Positions 28,439 through 36,480 of a DNA stretch of 64,000 nt are shown one piece after another (position 1 is the first letter of the stretch; each line of letters begins with the position of its first letter). A model generated the notes under the pieces. It did not search any database, was not told where the DNA came from, and saw only the letters and a program-made list of their open reading frames with translations. The stretch is from assembly GCA_964484655.1 (NCBI GenBank), contig CAZAFA010000002.1, positions 24,130-88,129 on the forward strand, written 5' to 3'. The position numbers and the translations under genes are program-made. Source of the DNA: an uncultured Candidatus Saccharibacteria bacterium (GTDB taxonomy: Bacteria > Patescibacteriota > Minisyncoccia > UBA6257 > 2-01-FULL-56-20).

Positions 28439-28750
28439 CTACTGCGTGGTGCTCGTAATGTTGACCGTGCTCGTGTTCGCCTGGATGGTGGTCGTGGTCA
28501 CGGTGCTGGTGGGGGCAGGGTTCGTGCCGTTGTTCCCCGAGTTGCCGGGAAGGCCGCTGTCCTGCGTCGTGTTCGACGGGACGGCCGTGTTGTCGTAGCT
28601 CGCCGGCCGCGCGAACACCTTGTAGGCGATGAACGCCGCGATGACGACGAGAGCGAGTATGGCGAGGATGGATGCCAGCCCCGCGCCGTCTCCGCCCTCC
28701 GAAGAGCGTACCTGGCGCGTGACGCGCACCTCGCGTTCCGTATCTGCCAT
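28439..28750 (-). CDS. small membrane protein with Thr/Asn-rich tail
   Basis: TM helix LASILAILALVVIAAFIAY followed by a low-complexity T/N/S C-terminus. Confidence 0.4.
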   Translation of the reverse strand: MADTEREVRVTRQVRSSEGGDGAGLASILAILALVVIAAFIAYKVFARPASYDNTAVPSNTTQDSGLPGNSGNNGTNPAPTSTVTTTTIQANTSTVNITSTTQ

Positions 28751-28976
28751 GGGATCAGTTGGAAATGGGTTTGCGACTAGAAGTGTAGATGGATTCGCTG
28801 GAGGCTGCAGCCTACGGACTGCGCGCACAGCTCACCATGTAAGACGTGCGCCGGGAGGCATGCTGACGCATGCAAGAGCGCGGGGCCCGAAGGCCCCGCG
28901 CTTCCCCATAGGTTGTCCCTCCGCTTCCCTCCCCCGATGAGGAAGCTGCTCTGCTTGGTTCCCTGATTGCTGGTCC

Positions 28977-29720
28977 CTAGAAGTCGGCCTTCACGCGGAC
29001 CGTCGCGGCGGTCACCAGGTTATGGAGCGAGTTCCAGAGGCCCTGGATGCGCACCTTGGTGCCGACGACGAGGTTCGAGAAGGTTCCGGCGTCGCCGTCG
29101 CGGTCCGAGATCGTGGTCGATGCGTTGACCGCGACCGTCACGTCGCCCTGATGCTTGGTGCTCACGGTGACGGTGTCGGCCGCGTCATCGACCGCGGTGA
29201 CCGTGCCCTTTACCTGGGCGTAGTCCGCGTCGACGACGAGCACGAAGCTGGCGTCTATGGTCCGGGCAGGACCCTCGTTATCCGTGACGTTGCCCGCTAC
29301 CGCGATGCGGTCCCCCGCCTCGATGGTGCGGTCGCCCCGGTAGGCGAAGGTCGTGTTGCTGTCCGTGTCGATGGTCCAGGTGATGCTCGGATCCTTCTTC
29401 GACGTGGCCGTGATGACGCTGCCGTCGACGGCGGTCACCGTGCCGAGGCCGAAGGTCAGGCCGATGCGGTCATCGAGCTTGCGGTCCTGGCGATCCATGC
29501 GGTCCTCCCGCTTCTGGTCGTCACCGCCCTTCCGGTCATCGCCTTGATGACGCGAGAAGAAGCCCTGGAGCGCGCCCCCGAGGCCGAGGTTCGCGTCCCC
29601 CTGTACGCGAGCGTCTGCCTTCGCCGAGGCGTCGATGCCGAATGCGTGCGCCGCCGAAACCGAGGTTCCCGCGATCGCGAGCGCGATGAATGCGCCGAGT
29701 AGTGCTTTCTGCTTGTTCAT
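28977..29720 (-). CDS. secreted protein with internal repeats
   Basis: Signal peptide MNKQKALLGAFIALAIAGTSVSAAHA. Repeated GTVTAVD...VTV modules. Confidence 0.55.
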   Translation of the reverse strand: MNKQKALLGAFIALAIAGTSVSAAHAFGIDASAKADARVQGDANLGLGGALQGFFSRHQGDDRKGGDDQKREDRMDRQDRKLDDRIGLTFGLGTVTAVDGSVITATSKKDPSITWTIDTDSNTTFAYRGDRTIEAGDRIAVAGNVTDNEGPARTIDASFVLVVDADYAQVKGTVTAVDDAADTVTVSTKHQGDVTVAVNASTTISDRDGDAGTFSNLVVGTKVRIQGLWNSLHNLVTAATVRVKADF

Positions 29721-29787
29721 TGCTGATGAGTGTCTTGGTGAACGACTCGCTATATAAGACGCATCCTCCGCGAGCGCCTTACATCCG

Positions 29788-29816
29788 TTGACTCATCGCG
29801 ACGCATGTCGCATAGT
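29788..29816 (+). promoter_or_regulatory. candidate promoter TTGACT-N17-CATAGT containing inverted repeat GCGAC-GCAT-GTCGC
   Basis: Read in the AT-richer gap upstream of 29862. Confidence 0.35.
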
Positions 29817-29861
29817 GCGGTGCAACTTGATCACTGAATAGAAGGAGGAGGAGTATCGCCT

Positions 29862-30143
29862 ATGTCCGATACCGAAACTGAAACGCAGCCGTTCAACCGG
29901 CGTCATCCCGAGCTCCGCGACGGAGAGCGCTGGCTCGGCAACTATCCGCTCTCCCAGGTCCCTTACCTCCCGCATAGCACCAAGCGCCGCGGGCAGGTCG
30001 CCTACGACCGCGAAGGCACGCCGCTCACCGAGTCCGTCGGGAGCAACATGAGCCGCTTCGTCCCGGTCTTCGTCAGCCTCGACGAGATCGTGAAGAAGCA
30101 ACGTGCGAGGCGCCGTCCCAGCGTCGCAGGAGGCGTGGTATGA
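29862..30143 (+). CDS. small conserved-motif protein, paralog A
   Basis: RBS GAAGGAGGAGGAG. Shares RHPE..ER.GN...P.L......V.YD..G.P...S..PVFV with the next ORF. Confidence 0.45.
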   Translation: MSDTETETQPFNRRHPELRDGERWLGNYPLSQVPYLPHSTKRRGQVAYDREGTPLTESVGSNMSRFVPVFVSLDEIVKKQRARRRPSVAGGVV

Positions 30144-30397
30144 CCATGACCCTGGAGCGTCATCCCGAGGAAGGGGCTGACGAGCGCTGCATCGGCAACT
30201 TCCTGCCGGACGAGCTGCCGCAGCTCGAGCAGAGGTACGGCGCCTTGCGCGTCGGCGAGGTCCCCTACGACCACGATGGCGCGCCGAAGCGGGACTACGG
30301 ATCGCTGCGACCGGTGTTCGTGAACCGGTTCAAGCCGCCGCCGGTCGAGACGCGCGTCGCGACGATCAGGCAGAGGCCCTGGTGGAGCCGGAAATGA
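30140..30397 (+). CDS. small conserved-motif protein, paralog B
   Basis: ATGA overlap with paralog A. Same motif order. Confidence 0.45.
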   Translation: MTMTLERHPEEGADERCIGNFLPDELPQLEQRYGALRVGEVPYDHDGAPKRDYGSLRPVFVNRFKPPPVETRVATIRQRPWWSRK

Positions 30398-30399
30398 GG

Positions 30400-30427
30400 A
30401 AAGCGGGACCTGCGGGTCCCGCTTCTG
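30400..30427 (+). terminator. rho-independent terminator
   Basis: AAAGCGGGACC-TGC-GGGTCCCGCTTCT. One loop base differs from the hairpin at 32857. Confidence 0.6.
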
Positions 30428-30470
30428 CATCTGCAGTGAAATATAAAAAGTAACCGGTACAATATCCTGC

Positions 30471-31058
30471 ATGGATTCCTCCCGCATGCGCTCCCTCGCG
30501 CTCATCGTCCACTGGCTGCCGCTCGCGGCGGCGATCGCGCTCATGGGCGGCATGGCGATCGCCATGGCCCAGCAGGCGCTCCGCGCGCAGCTCAACGACC
30601 CGCAGATACAGATGGTCGCCGACGCGCAGGCGCTCCTCGAGAAGGGCGTCGCGCCCCAGCAGGTCGCGACCCCGACGACGCCCGTCCCGCTGGACGCGGC
30701 GCACAGCTTCGCCCCCTTCCTCGCCGTCTACGACGCCCAGGGAACGCCGCTCGCCTGGAGCGGCACCATCAACGGGCAGGCGCCGAAGCCGCCCACGGAC
30801 GTGTTCGAGCGGGCCAAGGAGGCGGGCCGCAACCGCGTGACCTGGGAACCGGAGGAGAAGGTCCGCATCGCGCTGGTAGCGCGCCCGGTGAACAACGGGG
30901 AGCGCTACGTGGCCGCCGGCCGGAACATGGCCGAGGTGGAGGACCGGATCTGGCTGATGACCCGCATCGGGCTCTCCTCCGTGCTGCTGATCCTCCTGAT
31001 CACGCTCGTCCTCGAGGGCTTCGCGGACTGGTGGCGGCGGAAGGCCGTTGCCGCTTAA
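30471..31058 (+). CDS. hypothetical membrane protein
   Basis: N-terminal and C-terminal TM helices flank a soluble domain. Confidence 0.4.
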   Translation: MDSSRMRSLALIVHWLPLAAAIALMGGMAIAMAQQALRAQLNDPQIQMVADAQALLEKGVAPQQVATPTTPVPLDAAHSFAPFLAVYDAQGTPLAWSGTINGQAPKPPTDVFERAKEAGRNRVTWEPEEKVRIALVARPVNNGERYVAAGRNMAEVEDRIWLMTRIGLSSVLLILLITLVLEGFADWWRRKAVAA

Positions 31059-31073
31059 CGAACGAACGGAAGG

Positions 31074-31095
31074 GCCGCGCGAGTCGCGGCTTTTT
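31074..31095 (+). terminator. rho-independent terminator
   Basis: GCCGCGC-GAGT-CGCGGC followed by TTTTTCG. Confidence 0.6.
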
Positions 31096-31097
31096 CG

Positions 31098-31125
31098 TTG
31101 ACTATTTCTCAGAAACCCTTATAAG
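31098..31125 (+). promoter_or_regulatory. candidate promoter TTGACT-N16-TATAAG
   Basis: Lies in the AT-rich leader ahead of the sigma-factor gene. Confidence 0.3.
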
Positions 31126-31172
31126 TTTGCTTACGCTTCTTGATAAAAACGTAATAAGGAGAACGAAGGCCC

Positions 31173-31943
31173 ATGCTGGACAGTCTGAACGGCGCCTCCG
31201 GCCTGCTGGAGGGAACTGAGACGACGGATCCGCCGAAACACGACTATGCACTCGCGAAACGCGCGGGCATGGGCGACGAATCGGCGTTCACGACGCTCTA
31301 TACGCGATACCGTTCGCGCACGCTGAACGTGGTTTCACGGATCGTGGAGCCCGCGGACAGCGAGGACGTGAACCAGGAGGTATGGATCCAGGTATTCAGG
31401 AAGATCGGCTCCTTCAAGGGAGATTCGGCCTTCACGACCTGGCTGCACCGCCTGTCGGTCAACACGGCGCTCATGCACCTGCGGAAACGCACGGTGAAGC
31501 TTGAGCATGTCACCGACGACGAGGAATTCCCCGTCGTCGTGGTCCCGGGAACGGAACGTCCGTCCCGGATGAGGATCGTGGATAAGATCGCGATCGACGA
31601 GGCCTGGGAGTATCTCCCCGCGGGATACAAGCAGGTCCTCTACTACCATGACGTCCTCGGCTACGAGCACGAGGAGGTGGCGGTCATCATGGGATGCTCG
31701 GTAGGGACCTCTAAGTCCCAGCTGCACAAGGCACGCCTCAAGATGGGACGGATACTGCGCCGGAAGAAGCTGAACGCGCACGATTCGAACAACGTCATCG
31801 AGGCCCGATGGAACGCCAGGCTCGGCATAGAGCTGCCGGCGATCAGCATCGGGGAATGGAGGCGCGGCATCGAGGATGCGGCGGAGGAAGAGGCTGAGAC
31901 GGTCGAGGACGACTTCGACATAGGGGAGGAATGGAGCTTATGA
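31173..31943 (+). CDS. sigma-70/ECF-type sigma factor with acidic C-terminal extension
   Basis: Region 2 (DVNQEVWIQVFRKIGSF...FTTWLHRLSVNTA) and region 4 (YHDVLGYEHEEVAVIMGCSVGTSKSQLHKARLKM), plus ~60 extra residues. Confidence 0.75.
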   Translation: MLDSLNGASGLLEGTETTDPPKHDYALAKRAGMGDESAFTTLYTRYRSRTLNVVSRIVEPADSEDVNQEVWIQVFRKIGSFKGDSAFTTWLHRLSVNTALMHLRKRTVKLEHVTDDEEFPVVVVPGTERPSRMRIVDKIAIDEAWEYLPAGYKQVLYYHDVLGYEHEEVAVIMGCSVGTSKSQLHKARLKMGRILRRKKLNAHDSNNVIEARWNARLGIELPAISIGEWRRGIEDAAEEEAETVEDDFDIGEEWSL

Positions 31944-32857
31944 GAGATGCTCTCGAAAAAACGGGAACGTCGCTCCCGGTCGCGACGAACGGCACGCAGC
32001 AGGAGGAGAAGGTCATCTGGGTCAGGCGCGACCGCCTGGCTCCCGACCCCCGCCAGCCGCGCAACTGGTTCGACGAAGCCAAGCTCGAGGAACTCGCCAA
32101 GAGCATCGGAGCCGTCGGACAGCGGGTGGCCATCATCGTGGTCGCCCACCCCGAGGAGCCTGATCGCTACCTCATTGTCGACGGCGAACGCCGCTGGCGC
32201 GCCTGCGAGATCGCGGGCGTCATGATGATGAAGGCGGTCGTCTCCCAGGAGACGGACGAGCGCGAGCTCTTCAAGCAGTCCGCGATCGCGAACTTCTCGC
32301 GGGAGGGTCACACCACCCTCGAGATCATGCACGCGATCGCCCGCATCAAGCAGGACTTCCCGGATCTCAAGAATCACGAGATCGCGGCGATGTTCGGCAA
32401 GTCCCTCGGCTGGGTGCAGAACCACCTTGCGCTGCTGCGGCTCCCGCGGGAGGTCCAGGACCTGATGCATCCCTCGCGACCGAAGGAACAGCGGCTGGTG
32501 TTTTCCGTTGCCCTGCAGCTCGTCCCGCTCTCCGAGCAGGATCAGCTGCGATTCGCCCGCGAGTACTGCTCCGGCAGGAGGAGCGCGAAAAGCACCGCGG
32601 TGGACATCACGCGCCACCGGCTGACCAGCGGCGGCGTCACGGTGAAGAAGCCGAAGAAGTCGCATGCGCGGCAGAAGATCACCAACTTCACCAAGCGCAT
32701 CCAGGAGGACACGGAGCTCATCGCCCTGATGGATCCGGAGACCTTCCAAGTCGCCTTCGCGGGACGGAACAGGCAGGAGGTCAAGGAAGCCCTCCGCAAC
32801 CTCGAGGATGCGGAGCGGAACATCGCCAAGATCAAACGCTTGCTCGGGAAGTCATAA
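31931..32857 (+). CDS. ParB/Srx-like N-terminal domain protein with HTH (orphan ParB-like)
   Basis: LIVDGERRWRACEIAG is a ParB box II-like motif. Overlaps the sigma gene by 13 nt. Confidence 0.75.
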   Translation: MELMRDALEKTGTSLPVATNGTQQEEKVIWVRRDRLAPDPRQPRNWFDEAKLEELAKSIGAVGQRVAIIVVAHPEEPDRYLIVDGERRWRACEIAGVMMMKAVVSQETDERELFKQSAIANFSREGHTTLEIMHAIARIKQDFPDLKNHEIAAMFGKSLGWVQNHLALLRLPREVQDLMHPSRPKEQRLVFSVALQLVPLSEQDQLRFAREYCSGRRSAKSTAVDITRHRLTSGGVTVKKPKKSHARQKITNFTKRIQEDTELIALMDPETFQVAFAGRNRQEVKEALRNLEDAERNIAKIKRLLGKS

Positions 32858-32884
32858 AAAGCGGGACCTTCGGGTCCCGCTTTT
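32857..32884. terminator. terminator hairpin
   Basis: AAAAGCGGGACC-TTC-GGGTCCCGCTTTT. Confidence 0.7.
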
Positions 32885-32939
32885 GCATGCCAGTCGCTAG
32901 CTGCTCCGCTTCCCGTGCCTTCGCTTGAGACGTAGCTGG

Positions 32940-35285
32940 AGATGGCATGAGATTTCCTACTTTAACCCTTACAACTCCCTAATCAAACTAATCAAGTCCT
33001 AATACAGCTCTAAACCATCTAATTGCACCAATGCCATGATGATTAATAATTTCTAGCGTTGTGGAATCGGCAACGCGGTTATGGACACGATTATTTCTGT
33101 ATTCAATAAGTTCCACAAAACTCTTTTCAAGCCTGGGCTTATGCCTAAATTTTGGCTTGAACGCATCCCAATTCTGAGCTTTTAAGATAATGTCTTTGTA
33201 GTGGTTGAGGGACAAAAAGCGAACTAAGGCTTCCCCTTGCTGAAACTCTTCCTGAGTTTTAAATGGATACCTTTCCAATTCAGAATCCACCATACCGGCA
33301 ACTTGCTCCTTGATATACTGAGGAATCACTCCGTCACGATTCCAGTAATTAGCACCATACTTTGTCAGCAGCTCAGTATGAATGAGGTCCCTAAGTGCGC
33401 TTTCGATTTCTTCAATGGACTGAATGCCGATCTCTTCAACTTCATTCGAATCCTCTTCTCCCGTTTCATCATTAGAAAGAATCTCTGGATTAAAATCAGG
33501 CTTTACCTTATTGATCTCTAGACAAAGCATTGCAGCAACCTTTACATAACCAGCTTCACTCGATGCACTTTTCATCTCTTTAAGTTGTTCATCATCAAGG
33601 CTAGTCAGATGCGCAGTAAGAGGCTTTGTATATTCGGTAAGCTTAAGTCGATAAATTTTCAAATCCTGCACGATGTTTCGATCACTCCGACGAAAATCTA
33701 AAAGTATATGTTTGAAAACTAATAAGAGGACCGCTATACCGAAATTAGAACGTACGAAGCCTTTTTCGCCATTATTCCAATCCTTTAAACATTCATCCTT
33801 AATTGCTTGGAAAAATATATCCAGCCTCTCAACTGCGAAATCAACGGTATCTTCTTCTGTCTCATGGAAAAGCTCGCCAGGCCTCCTTCCGGCTTTTAGA
33901 AAATTTCCCTTCTTTAAACGATTGCAAAGAGTATAAAGACTGATATTTGACTGCGTGTCTTTCTCATTAACACTCGGAACATAAATATGATTTTCCAATG
34001 CGCCATTCCTCTTTGCGTTGAGCCCTTTACCGACACGGCTGATTAAGCAAAGAAGCCGATTTTTATCTTCTTTAGAGCCATAGTAGATATCGCTATACAA
34101 ATCCCATAGCAAATTTGCATCGACCTTCTTCTGGTGCTCATTGATATCGATGAATAACTTACCCTGACGATCTGCAGGAAGTCCCTCGTAGGCAAAAACA
34201 GGAATCAATGCAGTCGTTCCCTCTGGGATGCCTGCATAACTCAATAAGCGATGCTGACCATCAATAATCCACGCAGCTTTATAAGAACGAGGGAAAGTAA
34301 GATCGCCATATTCAATTCCTTCAAGAGTAGAAATTACTTTAAAACGAGGCGGCTTACTGAAATTGACGATAACATTATTAGCAAAGCTGCCTCTATGATT
34401 TTGAATATATTCCCTGATATCGGCGACACGTCCTTTATTCACCATCCTTTGATATGGATTTTCAGAACCATTTAGTAGATTGCCCTGATTGAGCTTTCTA
34501 TGATGAACATAACTGATCTTAATCAGATCCTTCGGATAGCAAACAAATGAATAGCCTGTTAGTCCATTTGGGTCAGTTACTCTTATAGCGGGGACATGTG
34601 GAGGATAATCTGGCACCTCCTCATCAAAGAAAGTCTCAGCGCAAACTTGATAAAAAGCATCTTTCCCAAGGCGGCCGAATAAATCTTCAAAGTATGAAAT
34701 ATAAAACGAGTTCCAAATAGAAACTCTCTTTTCAGAAGCTAAAACTAAATCAGACTCTGAAGGGTCAATGTTATTGAGAGCCAAGATGTATTTAACCGAT
34801 GTACTCTCTCCAAAAAGTTTCTGGAAAACAGGAGTTAGTTTTCGCGAATAATCATTAATTTCCCGGATATCCTGAGCAACTGTTCTCCGGGATCGCTCCT
34901 CAGCATGCTTACATTCGATGACAAATATAGTCTTCCCAAAGCGGGCAATTACATCGATTTGCTTACTCTCGCCATTGTTATCAAGCAAGACCCTAGATGC
35001 TTGACTATCCCGATTTAAGTTGTGGGCACCGAGACTCCACATCAAATTCCAAATCCTATCCTCAAAAACTTCTGACGCGGCTTTATCGGAGTTTTTAATT
35101 TTTCTCCTTTCTATTTCTGTATTAAAAAAAGGATCGGACTCATCAACACGTAATAAAATATTTTGAATCCGCTCGAGTGGAGTTTCCGAAACCGAATCCT
35201 TCTTGGGCATAGAAATATTGGATCACGTAAACACCTATCTAACAAGACGGCGAAATATCAATCCTTACCCAGAATTGGGCGTTTG
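32940..35285. other. low-GC (~37%) genomic island abutting tRNA-Ser(GCT)
   Basis: Abrupt compositional shift from ~70% GC with AT-rich codon usage. Carries a single gene. No integrase or direct repeat found. Confidence 0.55.
32988..35210 (-). CDS. multidomain defence-like protein: PD-(D/E)xK-like N-terminus, DGQHR domain (DndB/ParB-Srx-like), HEPN-like C-terminus
   Basis: Motifs read directly: IDVIARFGKTIFVIECKH (D...ExK), WIIDGQHRLLSYAG (DGQHR), ELIEYRNNRVHNRV (Rx4H HEPN-like). 740 aa. Confidence 0.8.
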   Translation of the reverse strand: MPKKDSVSETPLERIQNILLRVDESDPFFNTEIERRKIKNSDKAASEVFEDRIWNLMWSLGAHNLNRDSQASRVLLDNNGESKQIDVIARFGKTIFVIECKHAEERSRRTVAQDIREINDYSRKLTPVFQKLFGESTSVKYILALNNIDPSESDLVLASEKRVSIWNSFYISYFEDLFGRLGKDAFYQVCAETFFDEEVPDYPPHVPAIRVTDPNGLTGYSFVCYPKDLIKISYVHHRKLNQGNLLNGSENPYQRMVNKGRVADIREYIQNHRGSFANNVIVNFSKPPRFKVISTLEGIEYGDLTFPRSYKAAWIIDGQHRLLSYAGIPEGTTALIPVFAYEGLPADRQGKLFIDINEHQKKVDANLLWDLYSDIYYGSKEDKNRLLCLISRVGKGLNAKRNGALENHIYVPSVNEKDTQSNISLYTLCNRLKKGNFLKAGRRPGELFHETEEDTVDFAVERLDIFFQAIKDECLKDWNNGEKGFVRSNFGIAVLLLVFKHILLDFRRSDRNIVQDLKIYRLKLTEYTKPLTAHLTSLDDEQLKEMKSASSEAGYVKVAAMLCLEINKVKPDFNPEILSNDETGEEDSNEVEEIGIQSIEEIESALRDLIHTELLTKYGANYWNRDGVIPQYIKEQVAGMVDSELERYPFKTQEEFQQGEALVRFLSLNHYKDIILKAQNWDAFKPKFRHKPRLEKSFVELIEYRNNRVHNRVADSTTLEIINHHGIGAIRWFRAVLGLD

Positions 35286-35372
35286 CGGAGAGGCAGGGAT
35301 TCGAACCCTGGGAGGGGTTCCCCCCTCAACATCTTAGCAGGATGCTCCATTCGACCGCTCTGGCACCTCTCC
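35286..35372 (-). tRNA. tRNA-Ser (anticodon GCT)
   Basis: Reverse complement GGAGAGG...GCATC-CTGCTAA-GATGT..., long variable arm GAGGGGGGAACCCCTCCC, T arm CAGGG-TTCGAAT-CCCTG. Confidence 0.8.
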
Positions 35373-35448
35373 CGTTTTGCAGGGCAACAGTAGCGGTTCC
35401 CGACTAGGATTTCCAGGTCCGTTCCTAGGGAGACGGTGCTATGATTAC

Positions 35449-36024
35449 CCCATGAACACCACCCCCTTCTGGAAGCGCCCCTGGGTCATCGGCCTCGCCG
35501 TCCTGATCCTCATCGCCATCTGGCTCGTCAGCGCGTACAACGGCTTCGTCGCCAAGTCCGCGGCCGTAGAGGCCCAGTGGGCCCAGGTCGAGACCCAGTA
35601 TCAGCGCCGCTTCGACCTCATCCCGAACCTCGTGAGCTCCGTCCAGGGCATCATGGAGCAGGAGCAGGACGTCTTTAAGAGCCTCGCGGACGCCCGCACC
35701 CGGTACTCGGGCGCCGGCACCGTGGACGAGAAGGCGCAGGCCGCCACCCAGGTGGACAGCGCGCTCGCCCGCCTGCTCGTCGTGGTGGAGAACTACCCGC
35801 AGCTCCGCTCCTCCGAGTCCGTGCAGCAGCTCATGGACCAGCTCGAGGGCACCGAAAACCGGATCAGCGTGGAGCGCAACCGCTTCAACGAGAACGTCCA
35901 GGCATACAACGTCGCCGTCACGCGTTTCCCGGGCAACATCAGCTCGCGCATCTTCGGCTTCGCCCCGCACGCGTACTACCGCGCCGCCGAGGGCGCGGAC
36001 GTCGTGCCGCAGGTAGAGCTCTAA
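35449..36024 (+). CDS. LemA-family protein
   Basis: N-terminal TM, then YNGFVAKSAAVEAQWAQVETQYQRRFDLIPNLV, the LemA signature. Confidence 0.8.
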   Translation, partial: PMNTTPFWKRPWVIGLAVLILIAIWLVSAYNGFVAKSAAVEAQWAQVETQYQRRFDLIPNLVSSVQGIMEQEQDVFKSLADARTRYSGAGTVDEKAQAATQVDSALARLLVVVENYPQLRSSESVQQLMDQLEGTENRISVERNRFNENVQAYNVAVTRFPGNISSRIFGFAPHAYYRAAEGADVVPQVEL

Positions 36025-36075
36025 GCTCCCCTGCACGGCAGAAGGACCCGCATGCGCGGGTCCTTCTTCGTTCGT

Positions 36076-36357
36076 TCAAGCCTCCTTTTTCTTGGATTCT
36101 TCCCAGGCCGCGTAGCGGTCCGGGTGGCAGGTCGGGCAGATGCATTTGCCGAACCAGCAACGCTGGTGCTGGCCGTCCGCGCAGTAGCCGCAGGGAGCGG
36201 GTTCGCGCTCGGGACGGGCGCGCAGGCGGGATTGCTCCACGGACTCCTTGAGCGAGATGTCGCTCAGAAAACGCTGGGAGCGCACCGAGACCGGCGCGAC
36301 GGTCACGACATGCGAGCCGCGAGGGCTGAGGTCGCCGATGTTCTTCGAGATAGCCAT
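36076..36357 (-). CDS. small Cys-rich (zinc-ribbon-like) protein
   Basis: CGYC...C...C...CICPTC cysteine pattern. Confidence 0.4.
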   Translation of the reverse strand: MAISKNIGDLSPRGSHVVTVAPVSVRSQRFLSDISLKESVEQSRLRARPEREPAPCGYCADGQHQRCWFGKCICPTCHPDRYAAWEESKKKEA

Positions 36358-36480
36358 ACAAGGGGTTCTCCTTCAGGGGTATAGGTTTGTACAAACAGCG
36401 TACGCAAAGCTCATTCTCCTCCGAATCGGGGAAGCGTCAAGGGCGTATCCCGGAGCGCCGCGCGGCGATACACTGATGCC

